30,898 nucleotides of DNA. It comes from Verrucomicrobiota bacterium. GTDB taxonomy: Bacteria > Verrucomicrobiota > Verrucomicrobiia > Chthoniobacterales > UBA10450. The stretch covers positions 1-30,898 of the forward strand of contig QHPN01000101.1 in NCBI GenBank assembly GCA_003219115.1, given 5' to 3'. Made by a program: the position numbers and the translations under genes. The number at the start of each line of letters is the position of its first letter. Position 1 is the stretch's first letter. The notes below the pieces were generated by a model. That model was given only the letters and a program-made list of their open reading frames with translations, was not told the origin of the DNA and searched no databases. Shown here piece by piece: positions 25,175 to 30,898 of this stretch.

Positions 25175-27172
25175 ATGGCGACGAATTCGCCTAACCTGAT
25201 TTCTTTGCCAAGCGCGCGGCTCCAGCCCGGCGTCGCCTACGCGGCTAACGATTCGCAGATCGCTGCGGCGATGGCGCAAGCCCAGGCAAATCTCTTGCGG
25301 CAGCAGAAACCGGACGGTCATTGGTGCGGAGAGCTGTTTGTCGATAGCACTCTTTGCTCGGATTACGTGTTGTATCTGCATTGGCTGGGGGAGGTCGACC
25401 GCGAGATCCAGGACCGCTGCACTCAACACATTTTGCGTCGCCAATTGTCCGACGGTGGCTGGAATATCTATTATGGCGGGCCCAGCGAAATTAACGCTTC
25501 GGTGAAAGCTTATTTCGCGCTCAAGCTCGCAGGGTATTCAGCCGATCTGCCATTTATGCGCGAAGCTCGCGCCAATATTTTGCGCATGGGCGGTATCCCG
25601 CGCGTCAACACTTTCAGCAAGCTTTATCTCGCACTCATGGGCCAGTTCCCGTGGAAATATCTGCCCACCATTCCGGTAGAAATGGTCCTGCTGCCGGAGT
25701 GGGCGCCGTTTCACATCTACAAGATGTCGTCCTGGAGTCGGGCCATGCTCATGCCTCTCGCCATCATCAATCATTTCAAGCCGACGCGCGAGTTGTCCGG
25801 CGAAAAACAACTCCACGAGTTGTATCCGCTCGGGACCGAGCACAAGGATTTCCGCCTCCCGCGCGATGAGCGGGTATTTACCTGGCGAAATTTGTTCCTG
25901 CGGGGGGACGATGCGCTCAAGATGCTGCATCGAATTCCCTGGAAACCGTTGCGTCGGATCGCGCTGGAGGAAGCGGAACGGTGGATGATCGAGCGGATCG
26001 GTGAGGGAAGCGACGGTCTGGCCGCGGTTTATCCAGCAATGCTTAATGCGTTGATTGCATTGCACGCCCTCGGCTACCCAAACAGCCATCCCGCTCTCAT
26101 TAAAGCGAAGAAGGATTTCGAAGGATTGTTCGTCAACGATCCGGAAGATTTTCGAATTCAACCGTGTCTTTCGCCGGTTTGGGATACTGCGATCAACGTC
26201 ATCGCGTTGGCGGAGAGTGGGCTGCCGCCCGAACACCTGGCGTTGCAAAAGGCCGCTGCCTGGTTATCGAGCAAGGAAGTTCGGATCCGGGGCGATTGGA
26301 CGAAAAACAATTCCCACCCCGAAGCGAGTGGTTGGGCCTTCGAGTACAATAACGTTTACTATCCCGATACCGACGATACCGCGATGGTGCTGATGGCGCT
26401 GCGTCTGGTTCGGCCTGAAGACGACAAGCAGTACGAAAAGGTATTTGAACGCGCTCTCGCCTGGCAGTTGAGTTTCCAATGTCGCGACGGCGGCTGGGGC
26501 GCATTCGACAAGGGCGTGATCGATGGCTGGCTGGAAAACATGCCCTTCGCCGATCACAACGCCATTCTCGATCCCACTTGCAGCGACCTGACCGCGCGCA
26601 CGCTCGAGCTTTTTGGTTACATCGATTTCGATCGCTTCGATCCTAGCGTGAAGGAGGCGCTACGCTATTTAATCAGGACCCAGGAAGACGACGGCTCCTG
26701 GTACGGGCGCTGGGGTGTGAACTACATTTACGGCACATGGCAGGTGTTGCGCGGGCTGCGCGCGATCGGACAGGACATGACTCAGGATTGGATTCTGCGC
26801 GGACGCGATTGGCTCGAGAGTTGTCAGAACGACGACGGCGGCTGGGGTGAAACTTGCGCGACCTACGAAGATCCCTCGGCGAAAGGAAAAGGCGACAGCA
26901 CAGCTTCACAGACGGCATGGGCAATCATGGGGATTTGCGCTTGTGGCGATCTCAATCGACCGAGCGTGCAACGCGGGTTGCGTTATCTCCTGTCGACCCA
27001 GCAACCCGATGGTTCCTGGCACGAACCGCAAATCACCGGCACCGGTTTTCCGGGCGTGTTCTACTTGAAGTACGACATGTACCGGCAAAATTTCCCGCTC
27101 CTCGCGCTGGCCACCTACGTAAATTACAAGCGCAGCTTCGGCCATCCGCGGAGTTTCTTCCGCTGCGGTTGA
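25175..27172 (+). CDS. shc: Squalene-hopene cyclase
   Basis: 665 aa with the YPDTDDTAMV catalytic DxDD motif, QW repeats (QKPDGHW, QLSDGGW, QCRDGGW, QEDDGSW, QNDDGGW, QQPDGSW) and GRWGVNYIYGTW. Confidence 0.97.
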   Translation: MATNSPNLISLPSARLQPGVAYAANDSQIAAAMAQAQANLLRQQKPDGHWCGELFVDSTLCSDYVLYLHWLGEVDREIQDRCTQHILRRQLSDGGWNIYYGGPSEINASVKAYFALKLAGYSADLPFMREARANILRMGGIPRVNTFSKLYLALMGQFPWKYLPTIPVEMVLLPEWAPFHIYKMSSWSRAMLMPLAIINHFKPTRELSGEKQLHELYPLGTEHKDFRLPRDERVFTWRNLFLRGDDALKMLHRIPWKPLRRIALEEAERWMIERIGEGSDGLAAVYPAMLNALIALHALGYPNSHPALIKAKKDFEGLFVNDPEDFRIQPCLSPVWDTAINVIALAESGLPPEHLALQKAAAWLSSKEVRIRGDWTKNNSHPEASGWAFEYNNVYYPDTDDTAMVLMALRLVRPEDDKQYEKVFERALAWQLSFQCRDGGWGAFDKGVIDGWLENMPFADHNAILDPTCSDLTARTLELFGYIDFDRFDPSVKEALRYLIRTQEDDGSWYGRWGVNYIYGTWQVLRGLRAIGQDMTQDWILRGRDWLESCQNDDGGWGETCATYEDPSAKGKGDSTASQTAWAIMGICACGDLNRPSVQRGLRYLLSTQQPDGSWHEPQITGTGFPGVFYLKYDMYRQNFPLLALATYVNYKRSFGHPRSFFRCG

Positions 27173-27178
27173 TTCTTC

Positions 27179-27254
27179 GTAGCACAGGCATCTTGTCCGC
27201 TACCGGACGGACTCGCCGTGGCGAGCCTGTGGGGCCAACGGGCATCTTGCCTGT
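27179..27254. repeat. GTAG-tagged repeat interrupted by a 30-nt double-hairpin insert
   Basis: gtagcacaggcatcttg|tccgctaccggacggactcgccgtggcgag|cctgt. The uninterrupted unit ggcatcttgcctgt follows at 27241-27254. Confidence 0.8.
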
Positions 27255-27258
27255 TTAG

Positions 27259-27327
27259 ATGGAGGGCGGAGCTCTGCGACGCCGGGCTTGCCGGTCCGGC
27301 CCGGGCTCGCGGAGCTCGCCCCTCCAT
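27259..27327. repeat. GGAG-tagged REP doublet
   Basis: Imperfect IR atggagggcggagctctgcga / tcgcggagctcgcccctccat. Confidence 0.75.
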
Positions 27328-27412
27328 GCCGCGACTGAACGCGCGCAACCATTTGCTCCTCGCAAAAAATAAATCCTGTTCAGCGCGCTAAAGCGATCTA
27401 ACAGTAAAGATT

Positions 27413-28012
27413 ATGGCTTACGAATTACCGAAATTACCCTACGCATACGACGCACTCGAACCGCACATCGACGCGCGCACGATGGAAATTCATCACACCA
27501 AACATCATCAAGCTTATATCACTAACGTGAATAACGCGCTCAAGGATCAAGCTGAGCTCGCGAAAAAATCGGTCGAAGATTTGATCCGTGATTTAAATGC
27601 CGTCCCGGAGAACATTCGCGCCGCCGTCCGCAACAACGGCGGGGGCCACGCCAATCACTCTTTCTTCTGGAAGATCATGGGTCCGGCGAAAGGCGGCGAG
27701 CCCAAAGGGAAACTGGCCGATGACATCAAATCAACCTTCGGCAGCTTCGATCAGTTTAAGGAAAAGTTTGCGGCTGCCGGTGTCGGTCGATTCGGGAGTG
27801 GTTGGGCGTGGTTGATTAAGAACAAGAGTGGCAAACTCGAAGTGATTTCGACGCCAAATCAGGATAGCCCGCTGATGGAGGGAAACACGCCAGTCCTGGG
27901 CGTCGATGTTTGGGAACACGCTTATTATTTGAACTACCAAAATCGTCGTCCCGATTACATCAAGGCATGGTGGAACGTGGTGAACTGGGACGAAGTCGCG
28001 AAAAATTACTGA
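27413..28012 (+). CDS. sodA: Fe/Mn superoxide dismutase, Mn-type signature
   Basis: 199 aa with [28 protein letters not shown] and DVWEHAYY. Confidence 0.96.
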   Translation: MAYELPKLPYAYDALEPHIDARTMEIHHTKHHQAYITNVNNALKDQAELAKKSVEDLIRDLNAVPENIRAAVRNNGGGHANHSFFWKIMGPAKGGEPKGKLADDIKSTFGSFDQFKEKFAAAGVGRFGSGWAWLIKNKSGKLEVISTPNQDSPLMEGNTPVLGVDVWEHAYYLNYQNRRPDYIKAWWNVVNWDEVAKNY

Positions 28013-28034
28013 CCATCGCGTCCTGAATCCAGAT

Positions 28035-29447
28035 TTGGCGGCGCGAATTCCGTTGCTGATCGTAACTGCGTTGCTCGGTGCGGCGACGCTGTTTACCGTC
28101 GTTATTAGGTTAAGCGAGGCGCTTGCCATAAGTCCGTGGGAGCCCGCCATTGCCATGGAAGCGATGCGCCTGAATACCGGGCTGCCCTTGTACGAAAATG
28201 CTCACGCCACGCACATGTATGGCCCGCTTCTGACGGTTTTTCTTGCCGGAATTTTTCGTGTTGCAGGGCTCAATTTGCTTGCTGGTCGAATCGGATTCTC
28301 GATTCTGGCTTTTGCCTTGGCCTTTTTGCTGAGCGCGATTCTCTGTCAATCGAGAACGTATCGCTTTATCAGTTTCATCCTTTTCCTGGCGATTAACCTC
28401 CGCACCAATCTGATCTTCCTCTCCGCGCAGCCCGACGGCGCGGCCGCGCTTTTCGGGGTAGCCGGCCTTTATCTTTGGGCAACGCGTTCAAATTTGTGGC
28501 AGCGCTCCGTCTACTCGATTGCTTTTTTCCTTTGCGCAACGCTTTTCAAGCAAACTGGCGCCGCCTTCGCCCTTGTCCCGATTGTCTACAGTTTAATCTG
28601 GAAACGCAGGCTTGGAGACGTTGCGATTTCGTTAGTGCCGGCGATGTCGATTGTGCTAATGCTCGCCGTAATACGTTTGATCTGGCCGCAGACTTTTTTT
28701 GGAATAGTCACCGTTCCCGCTTCCATCACCGTTAACTACAATCAGGCATTGCCAATCGGCGCATATTTGATCGCGACATTTCCCATTTTTGGCATCGCCC
28801 TGCTGGCTCGGGTTTTTTCACAGGAGGTAATGGATGTACGCGAGAGATGGATTTTGTCGGCAATTATAGTTCTGGTTCCGCTATCCGTTTGGACAACTTG
28901 TAAGAGCGGCGGCGGTTATAGTTCGTTGATGTTTGGTTACCTCGCGCTGACGGCATTTTTCGTGCTCAAACTCGACGCGATCTGGCAATGGATCGGGTCC
29001 CTACGGGGATGGCGAACTATTGTCTCGGCCATTGTGCTAGCGGCCGCGATACTTTTTTCTTTCCTTATCCAATTTCGTTGGGATTTGGCGTTGCTGCTCC
29101 TTCGGGCTGGTGATGAAAAATATGCCACTGCCGTCATTACGGCTCGGCGAGCGGCCGATCGCGTCATCAGTCCACAGGATCCGACCATTGCCTATCGCGC
29201 CAGCGGTTATTTCGGACGCTCTCTTTTCTTTGAGCTCGACACTCACCCGGTAAATGGCGGCTGGCCGAGCGAAATTCCAGAATCTTTGCGACAGGAACTC
29301 GCGCAAGCAAGATATGTGATGGCAGTCAGCAGTTATGTGCCGACCCCGATGTTTGAAGACGCGCTGGTAAAAAACCATTTCCAACCGATGGATGTTGCTG
29401 ACCTGCGCGGCTCCTCCTACACCCTTTGGAGAAAGGGAGCGGAATAA
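28035..29447 (+). CDS. Multi-pass membrane protein, probable GT-C (ArnT/PMT-like) glycosyltransferase
   Basis: 470 aa, TTG start. Acidic residue after TM1 (PWEPA), MYGPL, QPDG and FKQT patterns, many TM segments and a soluble C-terminal domain. Confidence 0.6.
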   Translation: MAARIPLLIVTALLGAATLFTVVIRLSEALAISPWEPAIAMEAMRLNTGLPLYENAHATHMYGPLLTVFLAGIFRVAGLNLLAGRIGFSILAFALAFLLSAILCQSRTYRFISFILFLAINLRTNLIFLSAQPDGAAALFGVAGLYLWATRSNLWQRSVYSIAFFLCATLFKQTGAAFALVPIVYSLIWKRRLGDVAISLVPAMSIVLMLAVIRLIWPQTFFGIVTVPASITVNYNQALPIGAYLIATFPIFGIALLARVFSQEVMDVRERWILSAIIVLVPLSVWTTCKSGGGYSSLMFGYLALTAFFVLKLDAIWQWIGSLRGWRTIVSAIVLAAAILFSFLIQFRWDLALLLLRAGDEKYATAVITARRAADRVISPQDPTIAYRASGYFGRSLFFELDTHPVNGGWPSEIPESLRQELAQARYVMAVSSYVPTPMFEDALVKNHFQPMDVADLRGSSYTLWRKGAE

Positions 29448-29451
29448 TTCG

Positions 29452-30759
29452 ATGGCTTTCTTGAACGAAAATTATCTGAAACTCCAGTCCGGCTACCTGT
29501 TTCCGGAAATCGCGCGCCGCGTTCGCGAGTTCTCGGAACAAAATCCGGATGCCGCAAAGCGATTGATTCGTTGCGGCATCGGCGACGTGACCGAACCGTT
29601 GCCGCGCGCGGCGATCGACGCGATGAAAGCCGCAGTCGATGAGCTGGGACGCCGCGAAACGTTCCGCGGTTACGGGCCCGAGCAGGGCTACGAATTTCTG
29701 CGCAGCAAAATCGCGCAATTCGATTATCGCGACCGCGGAGTCGAAATCGCGGATGACGAGATTTTTCTGTCCGACGGCTCAAAGTGCGACTGCGCTCACA
29801 TCCTCGATATTCTCGGCGAGCAAAACAAGATCGCCATTACCGATCCGGTTTATCCGGTTTACGTCGATACCAACGTAATGGCGGGTCACACCGGGCTGGT
29901 GCGGGCCGATGGTAACTACGAAGGCATTCTCTATTTGCCGTGCACGGTTGAGAATAATTTTGTGCCGGAACCTCCGCGTGAACACGCGGATGTGATTTAC
30001 CTTTGCTTCCCGAACAATCCGACCGGCGCGGTGGCATCGCGCGAGCAACTAACGAGGTGGGTCGAATATGCGCGAGAACACAACGCGCTTTTATTATTTG
30101 ATGCCGCCTACGAAGGTTACATCAGCGATTCAGCGATTCCGCACTCGATTTTTGAAATCGACGACGCACGTGAATGCGCCATCGAGTTCCGCAGTTTTTC
30201 CAAGACCGGCGGCTTCACTGGCGTTCGATGCGGCTTCACCGTTTTGCCAAAAAGTTTGCTGGCACAGACTGAATCGGGAAAAAAATTGCCGCTTCATTCA
30301 CTGTGGCACAGACGATGGAGCACGAAATCAAACGGCGTGAGTTATCCGGTCCAACGCGCCGCCGAAGCTTTGTATTCGGCTGAAGGCCGCAAACAGGTCC
30401 GCGGGTTGATCGAGCATTACATGGGCAACGCGCGGATCTTGCGTGAAGCAGCGACCAGCGCGGGTTTGGGAGTACATGGTGGCACAAATGCGCCATATAT
30501 TTGGGTGGAAACGCCGGCCGGCAAAACGAGTTGGCAAACCTTCGACTGGATGTTGCGGGAACTGAATGTCGTCATCACGCCGGGCAGCGGATTTGGCTCC
30601 AGAGGCGAAGGTTTTTTTCGCATCTCAGCCTTTAACAGCCGCGCCAACGCCGAGGAAGTCGCCCGCCGTTTGCGCGAGGCATCATCAAACCAAAAACAGA
30701 CATCCGCTAAACATCCGCCTCCGCTGGGCTCCGGCGTGGCAGGCACCAAAAGACGGTAA
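29452..30759 (+). CDS. dapL: LL-diaminopimelate aminotransferase with C-terminal extension
   Basis: [53 protein letters not shown] (PLP lysine), PGSGFG and RISAF. Confidence 0.95.
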   Translation: MAFLNENYLKLQSGYLFPEIARRVREFSEQNPDAAKRLIRCGIGDVTEPLPRAAIDAMKAAVDELGRRETFRGYGPEQGYEFLRSKIAQFDYRDRGVEIADDEIFLSDGSKCDCAHILDILGEQNKIAITDPVYPVYVDTNVMAGHTGLVRADGNYEGILYLPCTVENNFVPEPPREHADVIYLCFPNNPTGAVASREQLTRWVEYAREHNALLLFDAAYEGYISDSAIPHSIFEIDDARECAIEFRSFSKTGGFTGVRCGFTVLPKSLLAQTESGKKLPLHSLWHRRWSTKSNGVSYPVQRAAEALYSAEGRKQVRGLIEHYMGNARILREAATSAGLGVHGGTNAPYIWVETPAGKTSWQTFDWMLRELNVVITPGSGFGSRGEGFFRISAFNSRANAEEVARRLREASSNQKQTSAKHPPPLGSGVAGTKRR

Positions 30760-30812
30760 AGTCGCCGCGAGAGATCCTTGCCGATCATTTGGGCCTCGGA
30801 TTTCGTCATTCC

Positions 30813-30896
30813 TTACTGGATGAGAATGGTACGCGGAGCTGCAAACTGTTTTTGGCCGGCAATTTGACTGATCTCGGCGTCATTCCTCATCGCCCG
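30813..30896 (-). CDS. 3' end of an unidentified gene entering from the window edge
   Basis: Open frame RAMRNDAEISQIAGQKQFAAPRTILIQ* convergent with dapL. Too short to assign. Confidence 0.35.
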   Translation of the reverse strand, partial: RAMRNDAEISQIAGQKQFAAPRTILIQ

Positions 30897-30898
30897 CC

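Noticed and set aside
30766-30812. Repeat remnant tcatttgggcctcggatttcgtcattcc after dapL
   Set aside because: It resembles a repeat family from memory, but there is no second copy in the window to support it.

Overview
Mostly housekeeping chromosomal DNA from a moderately GC-rich bacterium. The repeat families and pilin type suggest Verrucomicrobiota/Chthoniobacterales (inference only). Gene order: a partial beta-CASP metallo-beta-lactamase ribonuclease (not in the ORF track), M19 dipeptidase, stand-alone CHASE2-like sensor, glgB, a lone prepilin-type gene, xseA, ruvB, RsbW-like anti-sigma, two frameshifted genes (secreted hypothetical, DUF5996), AraC, purH, a MenAT1-like nucleotidyltransferase toxin-antitoxin pair, a lipoprotein fusing a triad-less trypsin fold to a TonB C-terminal domain, DUF4203, a frameshifted M28 peptidase, a secreted M3 peptidase, MarC, a MITE-like element, an Ig-like membrane protein plus a CPBP protease with QQ instead of EE, hpnH-shc, sodA, a GT-C glycosyltransferase and dapL. 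Most larger intergenic gaps hold palindromic repeats from several families. The best leads are (i) 18-30 nt frame-preserving hairpin micro-inserts found inside other repeats and inside hpnH, (ii) the pseudo-protease-TonB lipoprotein in a co-oriented exported-peptidase cluster, (iii) a heptamer tract in hpnH, (iv) the TA pair behind purH and (v) the QQ-CPBP pair. No tRNA, rRNA, CRISPR array or transposase was seen. Family assignments come from motif recognition, not database searches.
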